Of a stretch of DNA of 64,000 nt, positions 41,046 through 49,608 are shown in pieces (the first letter of the stretch is position 1; each line of letters opens with the position of its first letter). Position numbers and translations under genes: made by a program. Under the pieces are notes generated by a model. That model saw only the letters and a program-made list of their open reading frames with translations. It was not told the origin of the DNA and did not search any database. Origin of the DNA: Candidatus Spongiisociaceae bacterium. Its GTDB lineage: Bacteria > Actinomycetota > Acidimicrobiia > Spongiisociales > Spongiisociaceae. The stretch is taken from contig CBDCOH010000002.1 in the NCBI GenBank assembly GCA_965219685.1, forward strand, positions 2,592,001 through 2,656,000, read 5' to 3'.

Positions 41046-42083
41046 ATGCCATACAGAGCCATGTACATCTGGATAGACGGAACAGAGCCCACCCCGATGC
41101 TTCGCTCGAAGACCAATGTCATAAAGGACGGCGAAGAGCCCGGGATCTGGGGCTTTGACGGTTCGAGCACCTCCCAGGCGCCCGGTCACGACTCCGATGT
41201 AGTGCTGAGGCCCGTCAAGACCGTTCCGGACCCGATCCGGGGCGGTGACGACATTCTGGTTCTGTGCGAGTGTCTGACCACCGACATGGAGCCGCATCCG
41301 ACCAATACGAGAGCCGCTTGCGTAGCAGCCGAAGCGAAGTATGCAGACTTCGAGCCGTGGTTCGGTATGGAGCAGGAATACACCTTCATCATGATGGAGG
41401 ACACCTCGGCGTACCAGATCAGTGGACGGCCGCCCGGATTCCCGGCGGACGGCTACCCGGCCCCTCAGGGCCCCTACTACTGCAGCGTCGGCGCCAACCG
41501 GGCGTTCGGCAGGCCCGTAGCGGATGCCCATAGCCAGGCTTGCATCGACGCGGGCTTGGACATCGAAGGCACCAACGCCGAGGTGATGGCCGGTCAATGG
41601 GAGTACCAGATAGGACCACTGCCCCCCGTTGAGGTGTCCGACCAGTTGGTCATCGCCCGCTGGATGATGGACCGCATCGCCGAGGACTACGGCATCGAAG
41701 TGACCTTACATCCCAAGCCGATGCTGGGGGACTGGAACGGCGCGGGGTGTCACACGAACTTCTCGACCAAGCACATGCGGGAGGGTGAGGGCGCCTACGA
41801 TGCCATCATCGCCGCCTGCGAGGCCTTGGGCAGCAATGCCGCCGAGCATATCGCCAACTACGGCGTCGACATCGAGATGCGCCTCACCGGCGCCCACGAG
41901 ACGCAGCGGTACGACCAGTTCACCTACGCCGTCCGGGACCGGGGCGCTTCCATACGCATCCCATGGCAGGTCGAACGGGACAGGAAGGGCTACATCGAGG
42001 ACCGCAGGCCAAACTCAAACTGCGATCCCTACACGGTGACCCGCCTCATCGTCGAGACCGTCTGCGGAGCCGCCTCCGCCTAG
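41046..42083 (+). CDS. glnII: Glutamine synthetase type II
   Basis: 345 aa; YIWIDG, WGFDGSST, NAEVMAGQWEYQIGP, DWNGAGCHTNFST and YIEDRRP. Confidence 0.93.
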   Translation: MPYRAMYIWIDGTEPTPMLRSKTNVIKDGEEPGIWGFDGSSTSQAPGHDSDVVLRPVKTVPDPIRGGDDILVLCECLTTDMEPHPTNTRAACVAAEAKYADFEPWFGMEQEYTFIMMEDTSAYQISGRPPGFPADGYPAPQGPYYCSVGANRAFGRPVADAHSQACIDAGLDIEGTNAEVMAGQWEYQIGPLPPVEVSDQLVIARWMMDRIAEDYGIEVTLHPKPMLGDWNGAGCHTNFSTKHMREGEGAYDAIIAACEALGSNAAEHIANYGVDIEMRLTGAHETQRYDQFTYAVRDRGASIRIPWQVERDRKGYIEDRRPNSNCDPYTVTRLIVETVCGAASA

Positions 42084-42097
42084 CCCTGTCGACTCTT

Positions 42098-42129
42098 CCC
42101 GGCCCGATCGCTGATCCGCTCGGGCCGGG
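42098..42129. terminator. GC-rich hairpin downstream of glnII
   Basis: CCCGGCCCGA...TCGGGCCGGG stem between convergent genes; no clear U-tract. Confidence 0.4.
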
Positions 42130-42155
42130 GGGTCACTTCATACCGAAATGGTTCC

Positions 42156-42197
42156 TAGTAGCTAGTTGCTAGTTACTGTTTGCCATTCGTAACTAGC
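42156..42197. repeat. Short heptamer element with hairpin (TAGTAGC TAGTTGC TAGTTAC ... GTAACTAGC)
   Basis: Three period-7 units; GCTAGTTAC 42168-42176 pairs with GTAACTAGC 42189-42197. Confidence 0.6.
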
Positions 42198-42306
42198 GTT
42201 GGATTGAGAAGTTTGTCGCTTCAGTGTAAGTAGTGTGATCCCTTCGGCCGGATGGCTTGGAACCACCTGTCCAGAGGCCAGCTCCGATAGCCAGCCACCG
42301 GCCGTT

Positions 42307-42948
42307 CTAACGGCCGAATCCTTGGAGGGTTATCTCCGTGATCTGGTCGACCTGCTGGTTGAAGCTCTCGGCCGCAGCCCGGAACTCGACCACTGCTTCA
42401 CGTCGCTGGTCCCCCGGATCGGATGACCGCAGGCCGGCCAGCGCCTTCTCCGCCGCGGTCGCCACGGCGGTTGCCGGGTCCAGGATCCTCTGGTGAGCAT
42501 CGGCCAGACCGGTTATTCCGTCCGGGGGACGGTGTAGTTCCACTGCCTGGCTGAAGGCGACTGCCTTCTCGGATACCGCAACGAACGCCGCTTCGGCTTC
42601 CGCATATTCGATGTCGCGGTTCTCCCACTCGTTGTTGGCCGCGTTCAACTCCGCCAGTACCTCGGCGAGGTTCAGCTTGTCATCCGCAAGGTTCTCCAGA
42701 TAGACGTCGATCTCCGGGGGCAGCAGGGTCGTGGTCGTGGTCTCCCGCTCTTCGGCCTCTTCGGCGCCCTCGGCGTCATCGGGCGGAGTCGTGGAGGTGG
42801 TTGTGGCCGAGGTGGTCGAGACCGGCTGGGTGTCGTCCACCTCGGGCGGACCCAGTCGATTGATCCACACCCAAGTGAACAGGACCATTCCCAGGACAAC
42901 CAAGGGCAGCACCCAGCGCCCTGGCTTGGGATCGGGGTTACGCATCAT
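42307..42948 (-). CDS. Hypothetical membrane-anchored helical protein
   Basis: N-terminal TM (PGRWVLPLVVLGMVLFTW), Thr-rich linker and helical C-terminal domain. Confidence 0.7.
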   Translation of the reverse strand: MMRNPDPKPGRWVLPLVVLGMVLFTWVWINRLGPPEVDDTQPVSTTSATTTSTTPPDDAEGAEEAEERETTTTTLLPPEIDVYLENLADDKLNLAEVLAELNAANNEWENRDIEYAEAEAAFVAVSEKAVAFSQAVELHRPPDGITGLADAHQRILDPATAVATAAEKALAGLRSSDPGDQRREAVVEFRAAAESFNQQVDQITEITLQGFGR

Positions 42949-43035
42949 GTCGGGTCCAACGTTACTAGCCCGAGCGCGAATGTCCCGGCCTTCCGCGGCT
43001 GGGGAGGGGTCTAGACGGCCAAGTGCCTGTCGGGT

Positions 43036-43953
43036 ATGTTGTCGGACGGCGCGATATCCGCGGAGCGACGGGGAACACGAAGGGGTTTCGCCGTGCAAAA
43101 CGTTCCACCGACAACCGAAGACCACGTAAGCGAACACGTACCCTGGGAACATCTCACGATCCCCCCGGCGCCTGATCGTCGGTTCCTCATCTATGGGGTG
43201 GCCGCGGGGCTGGTTATCGCCGTGCTCGGGGTGGTCGTGGTCCGCCAGTTCCAGGCTCCCTCGCCTGCGGAGTTGACACCGGTCACGCCGGTCGAAGACT
43301 CACGTGTAGTTGCTCCCATCGAAGAGGTCATCCCGACCACCCCGGAAGAGGTCCCAGGACCCATGGTCACGTTGGCTCCCGCCGAACCCGAGGCGCGGAG
43401 CGAGGTGTCGGAAGCCGATCTCAGGGCGGTTGAACCGGGAAACCCCCACCAGGAGGTAGCGGCACAGGCGGAATGGTTGGTGCTCGAGTTCTTCACCATC
43501 GATCCCACCGATCCGTGGCGTGATCGGGTGGAGACCGCATCGGGACTCCGGCTTCCCTCCGACCTGGCACCGGACACGCCGGACGCGACGGCGGTTTCCT
43601 ACGTCGAGTGGACCCGTACCCGGTCGGTGGAGCAGATCGGTCGGAGCACCTTCCGGACAACCGTCCTACTCCGGCGGCTGGTGGCACCCGAAGGAAACGA
43701 CCTCCGTCGCCTGCCGACGGAGCAGGTGACCGTTACCGTTCAGATAGAACCGGACGGCCGGATCCGGGCAGCCTCTCTACCCGAAGTCACATCCCCACCA
43801 ATCGTCGAACTGGTACCCATGGCAGGAGAGCATCTGCGCTGGGTATTCGACCAGGCCGGGATCGGATGGCCATCCTCCCGCGCCGGCGGCTCGGCGACCA
43901 CGCCTTACGATCCTCTCAGGGAAGGTGAGGCCTCAACTCACGCGCCGGGGTAA
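43036..43953 (+). CDS. Hypothetical single-TM protein (possible TcpC/VirB8-like extracellular domain)
   Basis: One TM, Pro/Glu linker and alpha+beta domain; start uncertain. Confidence 0.6.
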   Translation: MLSDGAISAERRGTRRGFAVQNVPPTTEDHVSEHVPWEHLTIPPAPDRRFLIYGVAAGLVIAVLGVVVVRQFQAPSPAELTPVTPVEDSRVVAPIEEVIPTTPEEVPGPMVTLAPAEPEARSEVSEADLRAVEPGNPHQEVAAQAEWLVLEFFTIDPTDPWRDRVETASGLRLPSDLAPDTPDATAVSYVEWTRTRSVEQIGRSTFRTTVLLRRLVAPEGNDLRRLPTEQVTVTVQIEPDGRIRAASLPEVTSPPIVELVPMAGEHLRWVFDQAGIGWPSSRAGGSATTPYDPLREGEASTHAPG

Positions 43954-44198
43954 CGCAGCTCGAGGGAGGTCTGGACGAGCGGAGCGATTACGGACCAGTC
44001 GCCTTCCGGCGCCTTGGAAACGGTCACGAAGTCAGCCGTCATGAACACGGCCGTCACCCCGTCGATCCGGAGCAACTCGTCGGCCACCGGGTCGTCGGCG
44101 GCATTGGCCGCCACATAGCTCCTCGGGCCGCCTACCTCGACTCCGACTCCGAACTTGAGCGCGTTGGGGTTCGGGGTCCGTTGCGGTGTGATGCTCAT
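43938..44198 (-). CDS. NifU/Nfu N-terminal domain protein
   Basis: TPNPNALKF...GVTAVFMTADFVTVSK...W. Confidence 0.88.
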   Translation of the reverse strand: MSITPQRTPNPNALKFGVGVEVGGPRSYVAANAADDPVADELLRIDGVTAVFMTADFVTVSKAPEGDWSVIAPLVQTSLELRYPGA

Positions 44199-44268
44199 TC
44201 GAACCTCCTGCGGCAGATCGTAGCCGCCCCCTCGCGGCCCGGCCGCATGTCCGGGTACAATCCGGCGC

Positions 44269-45693
44269 ATGTTGTCCCGCTTGGAGAGAGACCTGCGCCG
44301 GCAGTTGGGCGCCGAGAAGGTGGCGTCCGATCCTCTCGATCTGTACGTGTTCGGCAAGGACGCGGGGCTCGTCCGCGGCGAGTCGAGCCTTATCGCCTTT
44401 CCCACCAGCACGGAGGATGTCGTCACCATCGTTCGCCTCGCCGCCCGGCATGGGGTGCCGGTCATTCCCAGAGGTTCGGGAACCGGGCTGGCCGGAGGGG
44501 TCGTGGCCACCGGTCAGGCACTCTTGATGGTCACCACACGTATGAACCGGATCGGGGAAGTCGATGTGGAGAACCGCATGGTGTGGGCACAGCCGGGTGT
44601 CATCAACCAGGACTTGAGCACCTTCACGGCTCCTCTGGGCCTGTATTTCGTCCCCGACCCGTCCTCGCAGTCCGTATGCACGATCGGTGGGAACGTGGCC
44701 AACAATTCGGGCGGCCTCCACTGCCTGGCCGAGGGAACCACCGTGAACCATGTCCTTGCGGTGGAGGTTGTAACGGCCGACGGCGAGGTGGTCGTGCTGG
44801 GAAGCTCGACCCCGGACCCGATCGGGCTCGATCTCCGTGGCGTCATGGTCGGCTCGGAGGGAACTCTCGGCATAGTGACCGACGTCCTGGTGAAGCTGAC
44901 CCCCAACCCGCCGGCCGTCCGCACGCTCCTGCTGGCCTTCGGTTCGGTGGAGGACGCCGCCGCCACCGTTTCGGGCATCATCGCCAACGGTCTGGTGCCG
45001 GGAGCCCTCGAGATGATGGATCGGGCAATGACCCAGGCCGTCGAACGTTTCGCCCATGCCGGGTTCCCCACCGAGGCCGAGGCGCTGCTCATTGCCGAGG
45101 TCACCGGGCATCCGTCCGCAGTCGACGCGGAGGCCGACCTCATCCGCCGCGTCGGCCAGAGCCACTCGGCGACTCTGATTCGCGTGGCTGTCGAGGAGTC
45201 GGAGCGCAAGCGCATCTGGCTCGGGCGAAAGTCAGCCTTCGGCGCCATCGCCCAGATGAACCCCGACTACTACCTGCACGACACCGTGGTGCCCCGGACC
45301 CGGCTCGTGGAGGCTATCAGGCAGGTCTACGTAATCGGGGAGCGGCACGGCATCCCGATGCTGAATGTGTTCCACGCCGGCGACGGGAACCTGCATCCTC
45401 TCATGACCTTCGATGCCTCCCAACCTGGCGTCCTCGACAGGGTTCACGCAGCCGGAAGAGATCTGATCGAGGCATGTGTGGCGGTCGGGGGTTCCCTGTC
45501 CGGCGAGCATGGGATAGGGCTCGAGAAGCGGGACTACATGCCGCTGATCTTCGACGATGTCGACCTCGACGCCCAGGCCAGGGTACGTGAGGCCTTCGAC
45601 CCCGAAGGGCGGCTCAATCCCGGCAAGATCCTCCCCGACGGCTCGCGCTGCTTCGACTTCGGACGCCCACCCCCGGTGGGTGCCTGGGTGTGA
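44269..45693 (+). CDS. glcD: Glycolate oxidase subunit D (FAD-linked oxidase)
   Basis: PRGSGTGLAGG, PDPSS, GSEGTLG, HAGDGNLHP and GEHGIG. Confidence 0.88.
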   Translation: MLSRLERDLRRQLGAEKVASDPLDLYVFGKDAGLVRGESSLIAFPTSTEDVVTIVRLAARHGVPVIPRGSGTGLAGGVVATGQALLMVTTRMNRIGEVDVENRMVWAQPGVINQDLSTFTAPLGLYFVPDPSSQSVCTIGGNVANNSGGLHCLAEGTTVNHVLAVEVVTADGEVVVLGSSTPDPIGLDLRGVMVGSEGTLGIVTDVLVKLTPNPPAVRTLLLAFGSVEDAAATVSGIIANGLVPGALEMMDRAMTQAVERFAHAGFPTEAEALLIAEVTGHPSAVDAEADLIRRVGQSHSATLIRVAVEESERKRIWLGRKSAFGAIAQMNPDYYLHDTVVPRTRLVEAIRQVYVIGERHGIPMLNVFHAGDGNLHPLMTFDASQPGVLDRVHAAGRDLIEACVAVGGSLSGEHGIGLEKRDYMPLIFDDVDLDAQARVREAFDPEGRLNPGKILPDGSRCFDFGRPPPVGAWV

Positions 45694-46772
45694 ACGGGTC
45701 CGCGGCCCGCTCCGACACGCCACCGGCCCCTCCTATGTTGGTACCCGAGACCATCGAGGAGGCGGCGGCCCTGCTCTGCGAACTGCCTCAGGAGAGCCGG
45801 GTTCGCATCGTCGGCGGCGGAACCCGCCTCGGCATCGGTCACCCATTCACGCCCGACGCCACCCTCTCGACATCCGGTCTGGACCGGATCGTGGATTGGG
45901 AGCCCGACGACCTTACCGTCGTCGTGGAGGCCGGAATGACGGTCGAGGAGTTGGAGTACACCCTGGGGACCAAGGGCCAGACGGCTCTCCTCCATGAGAG
46001 GCCCGGTGCCGGAACCGTCGGAGGCGCCCTCGCCACCGCAACATCGGGTTGGCGCCGCTACCGCTACGGTCCCATCACCGACCGGGTTCTGGAGGTAACG
46101 CTCGTGTCGGGCGACGGCAGGGTCGCAACGGCCGGGGGACGGCTGGTCAAGAACGTCACCGGCTACGACATCCCCCGCCTCGCCACCGGCTCGCTCGGAG
46201 CCCTTGGCCTGATAGCCCGGGTCTGCTTGAAGCTCTGGCCCCTCCCCGTGGCATCGGCCACCGTAGCCGTAGAGTCGGCCGAGGAAGCAGTGTCCCGCGC
46301 GTTCCGTCCGCTGGCCGTGCTCGAGACGGACCAGAGAACCTCGGTGTTCCTAGGGGGCACTCCAGAAGAGATCGAGGGGCAGGCCGGAGCGCTGGGGGGT
46401 TCCCCGGTGGACGGGCTCGACTGGCCCCTGCCCCCTTCCGGAGCGACTCGGTTCTCGGTCAGGGTTCCCCCATCTCACCTCCGGTCCATGGTCGGGCGCC
46501 TCGGGAAAGACTGGCGTTACGTGGCCCAGTTCGGAGTGGGGGAGATGGCGGTTGGCGCCGACCACGTAGGTCGCGAGACGCTGGACGGACTGCGGGCAGC
46601 GGCGGAGTCGGTCGGCGGCGCGCTGGTGATCATCGACGCCCCGGATGATCTGAGGCAACGGTTCGACCCGTGGGGCACTCCCCCCGCCTCCGTGGCGATC
46701 CAGAGGCGGCTGGTCAACCTCTTCGATCCAGGCCGCATGCTGAATCCCGGCGTCCTGCCCGGGAGGATCTGA
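45690..46772 (+). CDS. glcE: Glycolate oxidase subunit E
   Basis: GGRLVKNVTGYD, GSLGALG and FDP..MLNPG; coupled to glcD. Confidence 0.85.
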   Translation: MNGSAARSDTPPAPPMLVPETIEEAAALLCELPQESRVRIVGGGTRLGIGHPFTPDATLSTSGLDRIVDWEPDDLTVVVEAGMTVEELEYTLGTKGQTALLHERPGAGTVGGALATATSGWRRYRYGPITDRVLEVTLVSGDGRVATAGGRLVKNVTGYDIPRLATGSLGALGLIARVCLKLWPLPVASATVAVESAEEAVSRAFRPLAVLETDQRTSVFLGGTPEEIEGQAGALGGSPVDGLDWPLPPSGATRFSVRVPPSHLRSMVGRLGKDWRYVAQFGVGEMAVGADHVGRETLDGLRAAAESVGGALVIIDAPDDLRQRFDPWGTPPASVAIQRRLVNLFDPGRMLNPGVLPGRI

Positions 46773-48020
46773 GTGGGCTGGGTAACGGAACACGCTCCCC
46801 ACCCCGACGATCTCGCATCGTGCGTCCAGTGCGGGTTGTGTCTCCCCAGTTGTCCCACCTTCCGGCTGACCGGCCTGGAAACCGCCTCCCCCAGGGGCCG
46901 CCTCACCGCCATGTCCGCCGTAGCGGCAGGGAGACCGGTCGACGATCGCTTCGCCGAGATAATGGGAAGTTGCCTCCAGTGCCGGGCCTGCGAGGTGGTC
47001 TGTCCGGGCTTCGTCCCGTTCGGGAAGGCCATGGAAGGCGCCAGAGCCGAGTTGGCCGCCCAACTACCCGGGATGGGGCGCCGGATCCGATGGCTCGTGA
47101 CCGTCCGGCTGCTCAGGAGCCGCGCCGCCATCCGCGTAGCCACGACCCTCATATCCATTGCCCAAGTGCTCCGGCTGAAGAGGCTGACCCCCCGGCCCTT
47201 CCGCGGTGCCCTGACGGGCCTGCGGCTACTGAAAGGACGCCCGGATTCGGTCCTGGCCACCAACTGGCCGGCGGTCGGCGAGACACGAGGAGTGGCGGCC
47301 CTTCTAGCCGGATGTGTGATGGACCAGTGGTTCGGTGATGTACACGCCGCGACCATCGGGTTGCTCACCCGGTCCGGGTACGAGGTAGTCGTCCCCCCTG
47401 CCCAGACCTGCTGCGGAGCGCTGGCCGCCCACGACGGCTGGGCCGGTGCGGCCCGTGAAATGGCCGCCGCCAACATCGCTGCCTTCGAGGATGCCGACGT
47501 GGTGGTGGTGAACGCAGCCGGGTGCAGCGCCCACATGAAGGAGTACGACCACTGGGCGGAGGACGGCGGCAGGCTTGCCGGCAAGGTGATGGACGTGACG
47601 GAGGTGGTCGCTGACGCGATCGCGGACGGCCGGCTCCCGCGCCTGGGAGAAACCGGGCAGACCGTGGCCGTCCAGGATCCTTGCCACCTACGACATGTCC
47701 AGCGGGTGACCGGCCAGCCACGGGCCATCCTCGCGGCCGCAGGCTTCTCCGCTCTGGAGATCGACCCGGATGGTCGGTGCTGTGGAGCAGCCGGCATCTA
47801 TAGCGTCCTGGAACCCGAGCTCTCCTCACAACTCGGCAAGGCGAAGGCGGAGCAGATACGCACCACGCGTTCGAAGATCGTCTCGAGCGCCAACCCCGGA
47901 TGCGAGATCCAACTGCGCTCCCACCTTGCGGAATCGGGCACGACAGCGCGGGTCGCCCATCCAGTGGAGCTCTATTGGGAAAGACTGCAGGAGAGGGACC
48001 CGCAACCCGCCGGGAGATGA
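46773..48020 (+). CDS. glcF: Glycolate oxidase Fe-S subunit
   Basis: CVQCGLCLPSCPT, SPRGR, CLQCRACEVVCP, two CCG motifs and SANPGC. Confidence 0.88.
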   Translation: MGWVTEHAPHPDDLASCVQCGLCLPSCPTFRLTGLETASPRGRLTAMSAVAAGRPVDDRFAEIMGSCLQCRACEVVCPGFVPFGKAMEGARAELAAQLPGMGRRIRWLVTVRLLRSRAAIRVATTLISIAQVLRLKRLTPRPFRGALTGLRLLKGRPDSVLATNWPAVGETRGVAALLAGCVMDQWFGDVHAATIGLLTRSGYEVVVPPAQTCCGALAAHDGWAGAAREMAAANIAAFEDADVVVVNAAGCSAHMKEYDHWAEDGGRLAGKVMDVTEVVADAIADGRLPRLGETGQTVAVQDPCHLRHVQRVTGQPRAILAAAGFSALEIDPDGRCCGAAGIYSVLEPELSSQLGKAKAEQIRTTRSKIVSSANPGCEIQLRSHLAESGTTARVAHPVELYWERLQERDPQPAGR

Positions 48021-48712
48021 CGGACGCCCGATCCTCCTCCACCACCTCCCCGGGCGGGGCAAGCCCCGCGAAAGCAGATCGACCAGAGCCCGCGGCTTGG
48101 TGGCGGCCAGAGGGGATTCTTCCCGCCGCGGTGCGACCGGGAACCGAGCCTTGGCGCTGGGCAGGCATCTGCGCCAGGTCACTCAGGGTCGTGATCGGGA
48201 TCGGCCTGGCAGTCGTGGCGACAGGCTTGGTAGGAATGGGAGCGGGCCTGACCCTCCACGGACTCGGCGTCCTCCACTTGAACATCTCGCAGCCCGACCC
48301 CGAAGCCCTCGCCGTCGGAGTTGCCATGGCGATGATCGGCTGCACGATCCTCGGGCTGGCCGTGGAGGGTGGCTTCCGGTCCCGGAGCCTGCACCCGGAT
48401 GCCGTCCCCTGGGAGACAACAGTGGCCTGGATTCCGGCGATGCTGATCGCCCTCTGGATAATCGAGAGGCTTGAAGGTCTGGCAACCCGGCACCTTCCCC
48501 GCTTCTCGGACCTCCTGAATCTGGTGCCCGCCTACCTGGACGAGGTGGGGAACCAGGGCCTGGCGGCCGGCTTGGTCGGCCTGACGCTGGTCTGGGTGAC
48601 CATCCAATTCGGAGCGTCGCGCTACCGCTTCATCGGGGAGAACGCCGCCTCGCTGCTCTACGTGTGCTGGATGGCGATGGTGACCATCGCCTACTGGATA
48701 GCGGCTGCCTGA
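48017..48712 (+). CDS. Hypothetical multi-pass membrane protein
   Basis: About 5 hydrophobic segments; ATGA overlap with glcF. Confidence 0.6.
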   Translation: MTDARSSSTTSPGGASPAKADRPEPAAWWRPEGILPAAVRPGTEPWRWAGICARSLRVVIGIGLAVVATGLVGMGAGLTLHGLGVLHLNISQPDPEALAVGVAMAMIGCTILGLAVEGGFRSRSLHPDAVPWETTVAWIPAMLIALWIIERLEGLATRHLPRFSDLLNLVPAYLDEVGNQGLAAGLVGLTLVWVTIQFGASRYRFIGENAASLLYVCWMAMVTIAYWIAAA

Positions 48713-48764
48713 CCGGAGATCGCAGCATCAACACCACGTGCATCACGCGATGTATTAGCATCAG

Positions 48765-49205
48765 ATGATGCGCAGAGTCACGGTCACAATTCCTGATGAT
48801 CTCGAGGTGGATCTCGATAACTTTCTCTCCTCCCACGAGTTGCCACCACCGGTCGCAGCGGTAATGCGAGCCGCTCTCCGGCAGTACATCTCCGAGGCGA
48901 AGATAAGACCCACACCGCCCCTCCTGCCGCGCGTGCTCGCCAACCGGGAGGAGATCAGGAGCTTGGCAACAAAACGACGCGTCAACCGTATCCGGGTCTT
49001 CGGATCGGTCGCGCGGGGCGAAGATACAAGCGACAGCGACATCGACTTTCTGGTATCGCCCAAGGCCAATTGTGGCCTGTTCAACCTCGGAGGTCTCCAG
49101 ATTGAGCTCGAAGAACTCCTAGGCATCGAGGTCGATGTGGTGTCTGATCGCTCGGTACCGGTCGCGCTCCGCGATGAACTGGAGGCGGAAGCAATTCCAT
49201 TGTGA
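48765..49205 (+). CDS. MNT (minimal nucleotidyltransferase) antitoxin with N-terminal RHH/CopG-like domain
   Basis: RVTVTIPDDL...VMRAALRQY followed by VFGSVARGEDTSDSDIDFLV (GSx10DxD). Confidence 0.85.
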   Translation: MMRRVTVTIPDDLEVDLDNFLSSHELPPPVAAVMRAALRQYISEAKIRPTPPLLPRVLANREEIRSLATKRRVNRIRVFGSVARGEDTSDSDIDFLVSPKANCGLFNLGGLQIELEELLGIEVDVVSDRSVPVALRDELEAEAIPL

Positions 49206-49560
49206 CTCGTTCCGACCAGCGCCGCCTCCACGACATGCTGGAGGCCATCGATGACATCCGGTTGTGCATTGCAGCGGGGTGGGAGTCCTTCGAGGCGGAC
49301 CGCATCACACAGCACGCAGTGATGTACTGCCTGACCATAATCGGTGAGTGCGCTTCGCGAATAACACCGGGGACCACAGCGAAGGTCCCATCCCTGACCG
49401 TCGCTGAGGCAAAGGATTACGAAACATCATCGTGCACGAGTACTGGAGGGTCAATCTGAGAGATCTGTGGACGACCATCAGCAACGACCTTCCCGGTCTG
49501 GCCGACGACATCCGATCTGTGTTGGACGACCTGGACCGCTCCGTCGACTCGTCAGGATGA
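49202..49560 (+). pseudogene. HEPN/DUF86 (HepT-like) toxin interrupted by a frameshift
   Basis: The N-half (LHDMLEAI...IIGE) is in one frame; GLRNIIVHEYWRVNLRDLW...DLPGL (Rx4HxY) continues in the -1 frame from about 49414 to TGA 49558-49560. Confidence 0.82.
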
Positions 49561-49608
49561 CCGACGATCTCTTACTCAACCGGCCAATAGCAGCGCCCCC
49601 TAACCCGG

